This document shows positions 1-11,069 of a stretch of DNA of 64,000 bases, in pieces. The notes beneath the pieces were generated by a model. The model searched no databases and was not told where the DNA came from. It saw only the letters and a program-made list of their open reading frames with translations. Both the position numbers and the translations under genes were made by a program. The stretch comes from TPA_inf: Saccharomyces (lineage: Eukaryota), in NCBI GenBank assembly GCA_000146045.2, contig BK006948.2, positions 160,001-224,000 on the forward strand. Direction: 5' to 3'. Each line of letters begins with the position of its first letter. The stretch's first letter is position 1.

Positions 1-594
1 GACTCTGTAACCCATAGCCTTGGCGTATTGAACAGCCAAAGAACCTAGACCACCAGCAGCACCGGAGATAGCAACCCAGTGACCGGCCATCAAGTTAGCA
101 GACTTCAAAGCCTTGTAGACGGTGATACCAGCACACAAGATGGGGGCGACTTGGGCCAAGTCGGTACCTTGAGGAATGTGAGCGGCTTGAACAGCGTCAG
201 CGGTAGCGTATTGTTGGAAAGAACCGTCGTGGGTGTAACCAGACAAGTCAGCGTGAGGACAGTTGGATTCGTTACCCAATTCACAGTATTCACAGGCCAT
301 ACAAGAACCGTTCAACCATTTGATACCGGCGTAGTCACCGATCTTCCAGCCCTTAACGTTTTCACCCATGCCGACAACGACACCGGCACCTTCGTGACCA
401 CCGACTAATGGTAGCTTAACTGGCAATGGCCAGTCACCGTGCCAAGCGTGCAAGTCAGTGTGACAGACACCAGAGTATTTAACGTTGATCAACAATTCGT
501 TGGCCTTTGGCTTTGGAACTGGAATATCTTTGTATTCCAACTTACCGTGGGATTCGTAGAAGATAACACCTTTTTGAGTTTCTGGGATAGACAT
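1..594 (-). CDS. ADH1: Alcohol dehydrogenase I, N-terminal 198 codons. The 3' end of the gene lies left of the window.
   Basis: Reverse-strand translation from the ATG at 592-594 gives [73 protein letters not shown]... The GVIFYESHG / KANEL residues distinguish ADH1 from ADH2. The reading frame stays open to position 1 (...[12 protein letters not shown]). Codon usage is strongly biased toward highly expressed yeast genes. Confidence 0.95.
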   Translation of the reverse strand, partial: MSIPETQKGVIFYESHGKLEYKDIPVPKPKANELLINVKYSGVCHTDLHAWHGDWPLPVKLPLVGGHEGAGVVVGMGENVKGWKIGDYAGIKWLNGSCMACEYCELGNESNCPHADLSGYTHDGSFQQYATADAVQAAHIPQGTDLAQVAPILCAGITVYKALKSANLMAGHWVAISGAAGGLGSLAVQYAKAMGYRV

Positions 595-714
595 TGTATA
601 TGAGATAGTTGATTGTATGCTTGGTATAGCTTGAAATATTGTGCAGAAAAAGAAACAAGGAAGAAAGGGAACGAGAACAATGACGAGGAAACAAAAGATT
701 AATAATTGCAGGTC

Positions 715-722
715 TATTTATA
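715..722 (-). promoter_or_regulatory. ADH1 TATA box (TATAAATA on the minus strand), about 125 bp upstream of the ADH1 ATG
   Basis: tatttata on the plus strand at 715-722 is the reverse complement of TATAAATA. Its position fits the known ADH1 core promoter. Confidence 0.7.
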
Positions 723-1245
723 CTTGATAGCAAGACAGCAAACTTTTTTTTATTTCAAATTCAAGTAACTGGAAGGAAGGCCGTATACCGTTGCTCATTA
801 GAGAGTAGTGTGCGTGAATGAAGGAAGGAAAAAGTTTCGTGTGCTTCGAGATACCCCTCATCAGCTCTGGAACAACGACATCTGTTGGTGCTGTCTTTGT
901 CGTTAATTTTTTCCTTTAGTGTCTTCCATCATTTTTTTGTCATTGCGGATATGGTGAGACAACAACGGGGGAGAGAGAAAAGAAAAAAAAAGAAAAGAAG
1001 TTGCATGCGCCTATTATTACTTCAATAGATGGCAAATGGAAAAAGGGTAGTGAAACTTCGATATGATGATGGCTATCAAGTCTAGGGCTACAGTATTAGT
1101 TCGTTATGTACCACCATCAATGAGGCAGTGTAATTGGTGTAGTCTTGTTTAGCCCATTATGTCTTGTCTGGTATCTGTTCTATTGTATATCTCCCCTCCG
1201 CCACCTACATGTTAGGGAGACCAACGAAGGTATTATAGGAATCCC

Positions 1246-1258
1246 GATGTATGGGTTT
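1246..1258 (-). promoter_or_regulatory. Rap1-like site (AAACCCATACATC) in the ADH1 UAS, about -650 to -665 from the ADH1 ATG
   Basis: Plus-strand gatgtatgggttt reverse-complements to AAACCCATACATC. This matches the Rap1 consensus ACACCCRYACAYM at 12 of 13 positions. The location agrees with the published ADH1 UAS_RPG near -660. Confidence 0.6.
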
Positions 1259-1273
1259 GGTTGCCAGAAAAGA

Positions 1274-1278
1274 GGAAG
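1274..1278 (-). promoter_or_regulatory. Gcr1 CT-box (CTTCC) next to the Rap1 site
   Basis: Plus-strand ggaag is the reverse complement of CTTCC. It lies about 16 bp from the Rap1-like site, the usual Rap1 plus Gcr1 arrangement of glycolytic gene promoters. Confidence 0.5.
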
Positions 1279-1672
1279 TCCATATTGTACACCCGGAAAC
1301 AACAAAAGGATATCCGAAATATTCCACGGTTTAGAAAAAAATCGGAAAAGAGCGCGGAGGGGTGTTACCCCCCTTCTCTACTAGCATTGGACTTTAATTA
1401 ATATATGTGCATAGGAGAAGTGTAAAGTTCCCTTCCATATTGTAACATAATAAAGTGCACACCCAAATGAATTGAAAGCGTACTCAAACAGACAACCATT
1501 TCCAGTGTTGTATGTACCTGTCTATTTATACTGGTAGCAACCCTATTGCTGTTTCCTCTTCAAAGTACTCTAGCGGTTATGCGCGTCTCACCTTCAAGGT
1601 CATGGTCGCTCTATTGTTCGCACCACCGGCAAACTCGCGTCTCGCAAGTCTTGGCTCATTCTTCTAGTATAC

Positions 1673-2014
1673 TCATGTTGCAAATGCACTCAGGTTCTTT
1701 CGGCAACTTAAATAATGACACCAGTTGTCGTGGTCGTCATCATCGCAACCCCAACCGGCATTCTTATTGCTTCTCCAATCTCGCCCCTTAGCGCAGGGTA
1801 AACCTTGGAAAATGCAGGCGCAAAAAACTCCGCCGGGCACAGCCTCACGCCCAGCGTTATCGCCGGGCCGGCAAGAGCGCGGGTCCGCCACAGAGTCAGC
1901 ATGATTGTGCAATTGCGTAAACTCGTTTTTTCGGCGCCGCAAAGCCAAATACATCATATCAACACTTTTCACTTTATTTTTCGTTCGACCCTTATATTTG
2001 TCTTTTGCCTTCAT
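1673..2014 (-). other. 113 aa ATG ORF in the ADH1-PHM7 intergenic region. It corresponds to the annotated dubious ORF YOL085C and is unlikely to be protein-coding.
   Basis: ATG-initiated and Cys/Arg-rich, with no recognisable domain. It lies within the long ADH1 upstream promoter region. Confidence 0.2.
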
Positions 2015-2355
2015 GCTCCTTGATTTCCTATTTCATTTACCATCATTTCTTCGATCCCCCTCATCGTGATGTAGTCAACCCTCTTCTTGTTTTAATACGT
2101 TAATCTCCCTGAAATACTTTAAATACGTATGTGCGCAAGTGCTTAGAAACATGTATACATCGAGTATATATATATGTATGTATTCGCTTGATGTGGGTTC
2201 TTGGTTATCTATCCTTTATTGTATTTACTATGTCTACTACGTCTACGATATTTAGCAAATAGTACTCCTTTTTGTTATACTATTATATTAAGTTATATTT
2301 GAGCACATCATATTCAAAGCAGCGAAAGGTTAGATATTTATAGCACATACGTACT

Positions 2356-5331
2356 ATGGCTGACAGTTCTTCGACTTCGGCGTTCATTTCAACCCTGATT
2401 ATCTACGGTCTTACCGCCGTCGTGTTTGTCTGGCTCTTTTTGCTATTGCGGCCCAAGAATAGAAGAGTATACGAGCCACGGTCTCTTAAGGACATTCAGA
2501 CTATTCCGGAGGAAGAGAGAACGGAACCAGTTCCTGAAGGCTACTTCGGGTGGGTTGAATATCTACTCTCGAAACCGCACTCGTTTCTCATCCAGCACAC
2601 AAGCGTGGACGGCTATTTTCTGTTAAGATATATCGGTATCGTGGGTTCACTTTCGTTTGTGGGCTGTTTGCTTCTTTTACCGATATTGCTTCCCGTGAAC
2701 GCTACCAACGGTAACAACCTTCAAGGCTTTGAACTGCTATCATTTTCAAATGTTACCAACAAGAACAGGTTTTACGCGCACGTTTTCCTCTCGTGGATCT
2801 TTTTTGGCCTGTTCACCTATGTCATCTACAAGGAGCTGTATTACTACGTCGTGTTTAGACATGCTATGCAGACAACACCACTCTATGACGGACTGCTGTC
2901 TTCTAGGACGGTTATCGTCACAGAATTGCACAAGAGCATCGCTCAAGAGGGGGAGATGCAAATGCGTTTCCCCAAGGCTTCCAATGTGGCCTTCGCGTAT
3001 GATCTCTCAGACTTGCAAGAATTGTGTAAAGAAAGAGCTAAGAACGCTGCGAAGTACGAAGCTGCGTTGAATAAGGTTCTAAACAAGTGCGTGAAAATGA
3101 CCCGAAACAAGACCCAAAAGCAACTTGACAAGTTGTACAATAACGGTACCAAGCCAAAGGACGATTTAGAGACATACGTGCCACATAAAAAGCGCCCTAA
3201 ACATCGTTTGGGAAAATTGCCGCTTTGTCTAGGCGGCAAAAAAGTTAATACGTTGTCTTATTCTAGTAAAAGGATTGGGGAATTGAACGAAGAGATTCAT
3301 GAAAAACAAGCCGATTGGGCCAGTAATGATAGGCAACCTGCCTGCTTTATCCAGTTCGAGACTCAATTGGAAGCGCAAAGATGCTACCAATCTGTGGAAG
3401 CAATCTTGGGTAAGAAAAATTTTGGTAAGCGTCTTATTGGCTACTCGCCAGAAGACGTTAACTGGGGCAGCATGCGTCTCAGTTCAAAGGAGAGACACTC
3501 CAGGAGAGCTGTGGCAAATACAATCATGGTGTTATTGATTATCTTTTGGGCTTTCCCCGTTGCTGTGGTTGGTATCATCTCCAACGTCAATTTCCTTACC
3601 GATAAAGTTCCCTTCTTACGTTTCATCAACAACATGCCCACCTTCCTGATGGGTGTCATTACTGGTTTGTTGCCTACTATTGCGTTGGTCGTTTTGATGT
3701 CTCTAGTGCCACCTTTTATCGTAATGTTGGGGAAACTTAGTGGTTGCGTCACTAGGCAAGAAACGGATCTATACTCCCAAGCATGGTATTACGCTTTCGC
3801 TGTGATTCAAATCTTTTTAGTTGTCACCGCTACCTCTTCTGCATCTTCCACCGTTGACTCGATTATTGACAGACCAAGATCCGCCATGACACTATTGGCA
3901 AATAACTTGCCAAAGGCATCCAACTTTTATATCATGTACTTCATATTGAAAGGTTTAACTGGCCCCACATGGACGATCTTGCAGGCAGTTAACTTGCTGC
4001 TAAGTAAAGTCCTAGGTAGAGTGTTGGATTCTACCCCAAGGCAAAAATGGAACCGCTACAATACTTTGGCCACGCCGCGCATGGGCATTGTTTACCCAGG
4101 CATTGAAATTCTGGTTTGCATTTATATCTGTTACTCGATTATCGCCCCTATACTGCTATTTTTCAGTACCGTAATGTTGACGCTACTTTATGTGGCGTAT
4201 TTGTACAATTTAAACTACGTGTTTGGCTTCTCCTTCGATTTAAAGGGGCGCAATTATCCAAGAGCACTTTTCCAGATTTTTGTTGGAATTTACTTGAGTG
4301 AAGTATGTCTGCTTGGACTGTTTATCATGGCAAAAACCTGGGGTCCTTTGGTCCTGGAAGTGTTTTGGATCGTGGTCACTGCCCTAGCTCATATATATAT
4401 GAAGAGGAAATTCATACCGCTATTCGACGCAGTTCCTTTAAGCGCCATCAGACATGCAAGAGGTGAGCCCGGCTATTCCTATCCTACATCGGACTTGGGT
4501 CTCCAGGAAATCAAGGACATTGCAGATGAAATGAAGGGCAAATACGAACAAGACAATACACACGGGATTTTGACGCCCGTGACCAAGGATGATTTGAAAA
4601 AGGCCAATCTGATACCAGATAACGATGGCAGCTCAGAGAACGGTACTCCTAGTAACCCCTTTGAGTCTGGTTCTGAACGTGCCTCTCTCTCTGGATCGAA
4701 CGCAGAGAGTGACTCGATCAAGAAATTAAATGATACTGTTATCAAAAAATCAAGCACTCTCTCCTCCTCTACCAAGGACAACAACGAATCTACTTTTGTT
4801 CCAGAGGGTGAAAAGTTTCGCAAGTTTCACTACAGCGATGTTGAGGCATTGAGAAATAAGCGCCCTTATGATGAGGATGATCATAGTAAACATGGACCTG
4901 AAGGTGCCGTGCCAGTAAACGCTGACGCGGGAGTTATTTACAGTGATCCGGCAGCTGTCATGAAAGAGCCTCAGGCATTTCCTCCGGATGTTTTGGAAAC
5001 CAATACTTGGACAAGAAGAATTCTACAATTCTTCAACCCAAGAAGGTCGTATCCTTTCGACAGTGTCAGGATGAGATTCCCACTTGTTTTCAACACCAGC
5101 ATCGAATACGATGAAGAATATTTGAGCTCTGCTTATACCGATCCATGTGTCAGAGAGAAAGATCCCATTGTGTGGTGCTGTAAGGATCCGTTAGGAGTTT
5201 CAAAACAGCAAATTCAAGAGGCTAGGTCTAATGGCTTAGATGTAAGAGATGATTTCACAAGGTACGATGAAAAAGGAAAAGTCATATTCACTTACAACCC
5301 TCCTGATTATGAACCTGAGGCTAAAAAATGA
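2356..5331 (+). CDS. PHM7: PHM7, a multi-pass membrane protein of the DUF221 / CSC1-OSCA-TMEM63 family of calcium-permeable channel-like proteins, 991 aa
   Basis: ATG-initiated 991 aa ORF. It has an N-terminal TM segment and a large hydrophilic loop followed by multiple TM helices (RSN1_7TM-type). Its position next to ADH1 matches YOL084W. Confidence 0.9.
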   Translation: MADSSSTSAFISTLIIYGLTAVVFVWLFLLLRPKNRRVYEPRSLKDIQTIPEEERTEPVPEGYFGWVEYLLSKPHSFLIQHTSVDGYFLLRYIGIVGSLSFVGCLLLLPILLPVNATNGNNLQGFELLSFSNVTNKNRFYAHVFLSWIFFGLFTYVIYKELYYYVVFRHAMQTTPLYDGLLSSRTVIVTELHKSIAQEGEMQMRFPKASNVAFAYDLSDLQELCKERAKNAAKYEAALNKVLNKCVKMTRNKTQKQLDKLYNNGTKPKDDLETYVPHKKRPKHRLGKLPLCLGGKKVNTLSYSSKRIGELNEEIHEKQADWASNDRQPACFIQFETQLEAQRCYQSVEAILGKKNFGKRLIGYSPEDVNWGSMRLSSKERHSRRAVANTIMVLLIIFWAFPVAVVGIISNVNFLTDKVPFLRFINNMPTFLMGVITGLLPTIALVVLMSLVPPFIVMLGKLSGCVTRQETDLYSQAWYYAFAVIQIFLVVTATSSASSTVDSIIDRPRSAMTLLANNLPKASNFYIMYFILKGLTGPTWTILQAVNLLLSKVLGRVLDSTPRQKWNRYNTLATPRMGIVYPGIEILVCIYICYSIIAPILLFFSTVMLTLLYVAYLYNLNYVFGFSFDLKGRNYPRALFQIFVGIYLSEVCLLGLFIMAKTWGPLVLEVFWIVVTALAHIYMKRKFIPLFDAVPLSAIRHARGEPGYSYPTSDLGLQEIKDIADEMKGKYEQDNTHGILTPVTKDDLKKANLIPDNDGSSENGTPSNPFESGSERASLSGSNAESDSIKKLNDTVIKKSSTLSSSTKDNNESTFVPEGEKFRKFHYSDVEALRNKRPYDEDDHSKHGPEGAVPVNADAGVIYSDPAAVMKEPQAFPPDVLETNTWTRRILQFFNPRRSYPFDSVRMRFPLVFNTSIEYDEEYLSSAYTDPCVREKDPIVWCCKDPLGVSKQQIQEARSNGLDVRDDFTRYDEKGKVIFTYNPPDYEPEAKK

Positions 5332-5713
5332 TGAATTAGCTTCATTCTTCACTTCTATCTTTTTCTTTGATTTTTTTTTCCCTAATGCATACATGATTTT
5401 TACGTCTTTATATAATACTGTTCTATTCATATTCTAGCCTAGTTTAATTATAATAATATCTATAATGTTTTTTTATATATCCGCATATCTGTGAGCTTGG
5501 GTATACAGAAAAAAATGGCACACGCACCCCTAAAGTAGGTGGGGAGGAAAAAGGAAGTAAGAGAAGGGAAAATCATATGAGAGCATCCAAATAGATCACT
5601 CTAAAAAATATAAACAGGCATGAAACTCAGTCAGTCAAATCAGAGTTAATATTGTAATTATCTGAAACTAGTTCCTATAGGTTGAGTGTCTATCAAAAAT
5701 TTACGGAGACGCG

Positions 5714-6952
5714 ATGAAAATTGCGGTAGAAACGACACTATTCGACTTCTTTGTCATCGATCAGTTTAAAAAATCTACTTTTTCAGCGCCAAACACCAAA
5801 GTTGACACTATTAAGGGTTGTATTAACAAGTTTATTGAACAATTTAATGTATATGATGAGCAACACATATTTTGGCAACCTCCTGGAAAATCAAACGTCA
5901 GATTGCTGTCAAACGCCAATGACTTTGGCCAATTGGGAAACTTTTTGCATAAGAAAATCAAATGTAACATTTTTATTGGAGAAGAAGCATTAAGGAAATA
6001 CGATTTAAATATCTGTGGACCTTATGACAAATTTGTAGAAAATTCTGACCCTAGTGTTAAAAAGGTTGTGAACAGAGATGATGTCATGTTGTCGCGCAAA
6101 TGTTTAAACATCATATCGGAACAACTCTCTATACTTGAGAAGTCCATAAGTAAGGCTCAAAACCAAGTGTTGCAGTCAAGTGAGGTTGAAGGAAAAAAAT
6201 GTATTATCTTGCCGGAAGATAAACCAGAACTCATCAAGTTTTTTTCTAAATTTGAAACGAGTGTTCAGTTACAGGAGGTTTACGAGGGCTATAAGGTATA
6301 TGAAAAGCTATTACAAAAATTTGGTGGGCAAAAAAAAAGAATGGAGTCTTTCTTGAATGAAAACACGCCAATGTCAGGTGCCGAAGCTATCAAGCAAATA
6401 AATATATCTGAGGAGCTCAAGGAAAAAGGGGAACGTTTAACAACACCAAACGATCCGTTATTACACGTTGAGGTGAGTAATGAGGATAACTCGCTGCACT
6501 TTATATTGTACAATAAAACGAATATCATAATTCCAGGAAATTGTACATTTGAATTTTCTAGCCAAATCTCCGAGGTATTCAGTATCAAAATGGGACCGCA
6601 TGAGATAGGCATAAAGGGTCAGAAAGAGCTATGGTTTTTTCCATCATTACCTACTCCTCTCTCCAATTACACAATGAAAGTCGTAAACCAGGATGGAGAA
6701 ACTATTCTGGTTGGTAAATGTGCTGACTCCAATGAAATAACTCTAAAATCTCCACTAGCCTCATTTTCGACAGGCAGTTTCCAGACAGGCAGTTTCCACA
6801 CTTTGCAAGATCCTACTAATGTTTTCCGGGCAGACGCGCTTTCTTCCCCTGATGAATCAAGCATCATGAGCACTCCCTTTCTAGGCGAGACAGATGAAGT
6901 TTATAATTCTGGCTCTACATTAAGTAGGCCATTTACTTGGGAAGAAATATAA
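5714..6952 (+). CDS. ATG34: ATG34, selective-autophagy (Cvt) receptor for alpha-mannosidase and paralog of ATG19, 412 aa
   Basis: 412 aa ORF starting at an ATG. It shares blocks with the downstream ATG19 ORF ([13 protein letters not shown] vs [13 protein letters not shown]; MGPHEIGIK is identical). It ends in FTWEEI, a WxxL/I-type Atg8-interacting motif at the extreme C-terminus. Confidence 0.92.
6770..6799 (+). repeat. In-frame 15 bp tandem duplication (acaggcagtttccag / acaggcagtttccac) inside ATG34, encoding [10 protein letters not shown]
   Basis: The duplication can be read directly in the sequence. The two units differ at 1 of 15 positions. Confidence 0.85.
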
Positions 6953-7005
6953 ATGCTTTTTTATATTCTTCCAGTTTCTTTGGCTATAGTACTTATTTAA
7001 CTTTT

Positions 7006-7016
7006 ATTTATGTTTT
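7006..7016 (+). other. Perfect ARS consensus sequence match (ATTTATGTTTT, 11/11 to WTTTAYRTTTW) in the AT-rich ATG34-ATG19 intergenic region. Candidate replication origin.
   Basis: Exact ACS match with A/T-rich flanks, inside a 1.77 kb ORF-free intergenic region. I recall a confirmed chrXV origin near 167 kb but cannot verify that here. Confidence 0.4.
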
Positions 7017-8726
7017 CGTTATATTTTCAACATTTCCGGAAAATAAAAAAGCGACTTTTTGAGGATATTATCCTATCATCTGTTGAGAAACCTAAGACAG
7101 TTAGTTTCTATGATAATACCATCTGAAACGTAAACAGTTTTAAATTTAGCAATAAAAGCTAGGTAAGAAGCCGTGAAATTTCAGTCAACATACAGAAACG
7201 GTATATGTGGCTCCAATCAGAAAGTTCCAATACTATTAAGATGCTGACACAATTAATGTTGGTTTTAAAATAGCCTTGAAGTAAAAGAATTCCCTTGCAA
7301 TAGTAAGTGCAGTTAAGGGAAAATGTGGTAACATATTGTAAACTAGGAAGTTAAAAATATTCCAAATAAATCTGAGTGATAGTCCTTGCAACAACGCCGT
7401 TGGAGTTTTCTTCACACAAAGAAAAGGGTAATGAGAACGAATGAAGAGTACCGAGTAGTGTTAATTCACCATTTCGAACACACCCTCTCATATTGCAGTA
7501 CAAACAACGCAACTATGTATTTCCAGGATTTTAGTGCAATCTCTGGCTCTCCCCATTCACAATACAATGTGAGAATAGTTAAAGCGTTATACACATATAC
7601 TAAATAGTAACTCGAAATAAGCTTTTGTCCGCTTTGAGAAAGTTTACTATTGTTTACTAGACAATAGCAAATAAACAAGAAGTTAGCATCAATAAAATAT
7701 TATTAAAATTTACTTTATGCGACAAAACACCCTGTTGGTTTACGAGAAACGTTAGGTTTTACAGTAATTACACATTAACGCTTTTCCTCTCAAACATGGT
7801 TTAATTGCTGAAGTCCTTGACATTCAAAGCGACAACTTTGGCCAAAAAAGTAAGCAGACAGCGCTTTTTATGTGACATATTTCTAGCAAATCTATTATTT
7901 TTTCAGTTTACATATTTTCATCTCCAAAAATACTATCAATTTAACAATCCTCATTTACGTATAAAATTACAATGCTCTTGTTTTCACATTTTTCGAATAT
8001 GTTTCGTAATTGTTACGCGTTCCATTTGAGAAGCAATTGTGAGTTAATCACTGTCAAAAGGAACTCAGAACGAACAAAATACCTTTTTCGGCATATTTTT
8101 CTGTTCGTAAATGTTTCCAGTTTGTTACATTATCCTTTCTTGTTATAAATGAAGTCTCAAACTTTTCTGACTTGGTAAACTTAAATATAGGCACGGGTGT
8201 TTAAAGCCGCCCACACATCACATTGAGAACGAGGTTATTAGTAGTTTGCACATTTCATTAATAAAAGCACGTTAAACAATTCTTATTATTTACTAAAAAC
8301 CTACTGATGTAACGTAACCATGTGTCAAGCATCTATAAATTCTTGCCAAATATTGTCTTTTGCTATCCATAGACCTCTGTAAATGTTGGGCAACTCGTAT
8401 CTTAAAAAACAATATCCCGTATATTCGTGATGTAGATGCTTCCTTTATAGAGAAACATATAGCACGCTGAGAGTATCATCCATTATAGCGGTTCCATGCG
8501 GAACATAGCACCAAAGAGGTTATTATTTTCTTAATTCTTATTGTATGACCCGGAAAAGGGGCGTGTGACATTGCATAGTATATGTTTACCTGAGGAAAAA
8601 GGAATTCAAGGCTCACGTAAATCTCCATGATATGAGTTTGATAAGGTGTATCAGACGAAAGAAGACTGAATCGAGGTAATTGCGGCGGCACTTGCTTCAG
8701 TAACGCCCAAAGGAGAGTTCTGGTAA

Positions 8727-9974
8727 ATGAACAACTCAAAGACTAACCAACAGATGAACACCTCAATGGGGTACCCCTTAACCGTCTACGATGAATGTAA
8801 CAAATTCCAACTAATTGTGCCAACTTTAGATGCAAATATCATGCTTTGGTGTATTGGACAACTTTCACTGCTGAATGATTCTAACGGTTGTAAGCATTTG
8901 TTTTGGCAACCGAATGACAAGTCAAATGTCCGAATCTTACTAAATAATTATGACTATGGTCACTTGTTCAAATACTTGCAATGTCAAAGAAAATGCTCAG
9001 TTTATATCGGAGAAGGAACGCTTAAGAAATATAATTTGACTATTTCTACATCCTTTGACAACTTTTTGGACCTGACGCCCTCCGAGGAGAAGGAAAGCTT
9101 ATGTAGAGAAGACGCACACGAAGATCCCGTATCTCCAAAGGCTGGTTCCGAAGAAGAGATAAGCCCTAATTCCACCTCTAATGTGGTTGTGTCAAGAGAA
9201 TGCTTGGATAACTTCATGAAACAACTCCTTAAGTTGGAAGAATCGTTAAATAAGTTGGAATTGGAGCAAAAGGTCACAAATAAAGAACCTAACCACAGAA
9301 TAAGCGGTACGATTGACATACCAGAAGATAGGTCCGAACTAGTGAACTTTTTCACAGAGTTGAAAACAGTCAAACAACTTGAGGACGTTTTTCAACGTTA
9401 CCATGACTATGAGAGGTTATCACAAGAATGTGACAGTAAGACGGAAATCGCCTCTGACCATTCGAAAAAGGAAACTAAAATAGAAGTGGAACCCCCAAAT
9501 GAGCGCTCATTGCAAATCACAATGAACCAAAGGGACAATTCATTGTATTTCCAGTTGTTTAACAACACAAACTCTGTTTTGGCAGGCAACTGCAAACTGA
9601 AGTTTACTGACGCTGGCGATAAGCCAACCACGCAAATTATTGACATGGGTCCTCATGAAATAGGAATAAAGGAGTACAAGGAATACCGATACTTTCCATA
9701 CGCACTTGATTTAGAGGCCGGCTCCACTATCGAGATTGAAAATCAGTATGGAGAAGTGATCTTCTTGGGCAAGTATGGCTCTTCTCCAATGATTAACTTA
9801 AGGCCACCTTCAAGATTATCTGCAGAAAGTTTACAGGCATCCCAAGAGCCATTTTACTCCTTTCAAATCGATACGTTACCAGAACTGGATGACTCTAGTA
9901 TCATCAGTACATCCATTTCACTCTCTTATGACGGTGACGACAATGAAAAAGCCCTGACTTGGGAAGAACTCTAG
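8727..9974 (+). CDS. ATG19: ATG19, Cvt-pathway cargo receptor (Ape1/Ams1), 415 aa
   Basis: 415 aa ATG-initiated ORF. It is paralogous to the upstream ATG34 ORF and has an acidic central region. The C-terminus LTWEEL is the known Atg8-binding WEEL motif. Confidence 0.93.
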
Positions 9975-11069
9975 GTCAAACTCTATTTTTATACAGCAAT
10001 GAGTACCTTTTCACATACACATAAATATATTAAATATAATAAATACAATAAATATAAAATAACCCTTTTCGAAACTCTTTACTTCCTAAGGCCTCTCATT
10101 ACTTATCACCTAGCATCATGCTCTTCATACATGCCATCTACTTTCAAACGATATACGGCTAACCAGAAAAGTACGGACAATCAGGGACGAGCAGGGACAT
10201 GACGCCTTCCGCACAGATCCCAGAGAAAAGCAGGGAAACAAGAAAATAAGAAAACAAGAAAAACAGTAGTTACCCTTGTAAGTGTCATCCACAACAGAAC
10301 CAATACTCTTACTCTTCCGCTCATTCCCCGCAGAATGATAGAACTATTCTAAATCCCCTTGCCTTGCTTGGCCTTGACTTGGGTTGGGACTTGGACCTCT
10401 AGAACCGATGTGCCTTCAAACATCTTAGCGAGATAAGAGTCTGCCATTAATGCATCGAGCCAATATCTTGGACTAGTACGAGGTTCACGTAGCCTTTCTT
10501 GCACGGCACCAGCGTCCCACCCCAAGTTCTTTGCTATACTGACCGCCTTACACATTTTAGTGTGATTCCAACCCAAAGTAGCTCCTCAAAAAGGGTCACC
10601 CGATCGGTGAATCAATCCGCGGCGCAGAAATGTTCGTAGAGCTCTCGTTTCTTCTAGAACGCTCCCTTGATGAAACGAAAATTTCCATCACAATAAAGCT
10701 CGCACGCCTTTTTGAAAACCCCAAGCTTTGCTGTGTCTTCTTGTGAAAAGTTTTGCCCAACGATTATCTATTCTACATATAACCGGGGAGTTAAGCACAT
10801 CCTATTGCCCTACATTCTCTCCGCTTACTTCATTGTCTAGAGCTCCTGGGAAACAAAAGACCGAAAAAGCGAAAACAAAATCAGAACAAGGCTTAAGTAC
10901 TTTTTCACCAATTGTAGCAAACATTTAACCACATTTTAGCACACTAGCATATAGCATTGTCCTCTGTTATTCGTTTTGCTTTTCTCCTTTAGTGTTACTT
11001 TTCCCCCAACGTTACACCATTTTTTGATATCAACTAAACTGTATACATTATCTTTCTTCAGGGAGAAGC

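Noticed and set aside
79-408. 109 aa plus-strand ORF antisense to ADH1, and many other 60-120 aa ORFs nested inside or antisense to large genes (for example 11415-11660, 2729-3070, 54025-54501).
   Set aside because: These are chance ORFs on the opposite strand or in an alternative frame of highly expressed or long genes. Their composition is low-complexity with no domain signatures, and several begin at non-ATG codons.
4260-4285. The string tgttggaattt resembles the start of a Ty1 delta LTR (TGTTGGAATA).
   Set aside because: It lies inside the PHM7 coding frame and the match does not extend beyond 9 nt. I found no delta, sigma or tau LTR and no tRNA gene anywhere in the window.
7386-8029. 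Small ORFs (70-74 aa) in the ATG34-ATG19 intergenic region.
   Set aside because: AT-rich region with low-complexity translations and no conservation signal. It is more plausibly promoter or origin DNA (see the ACS finding).
10349-10576. 75 aa minus-strand ORF in the 1.1 kb region upstream of IRA2.
   Set aside because: It has no recognisable motif and lies in the promoter/5' region of a large gene. Without conservation or ribosome-profiling evidence I treat it as non-coding.
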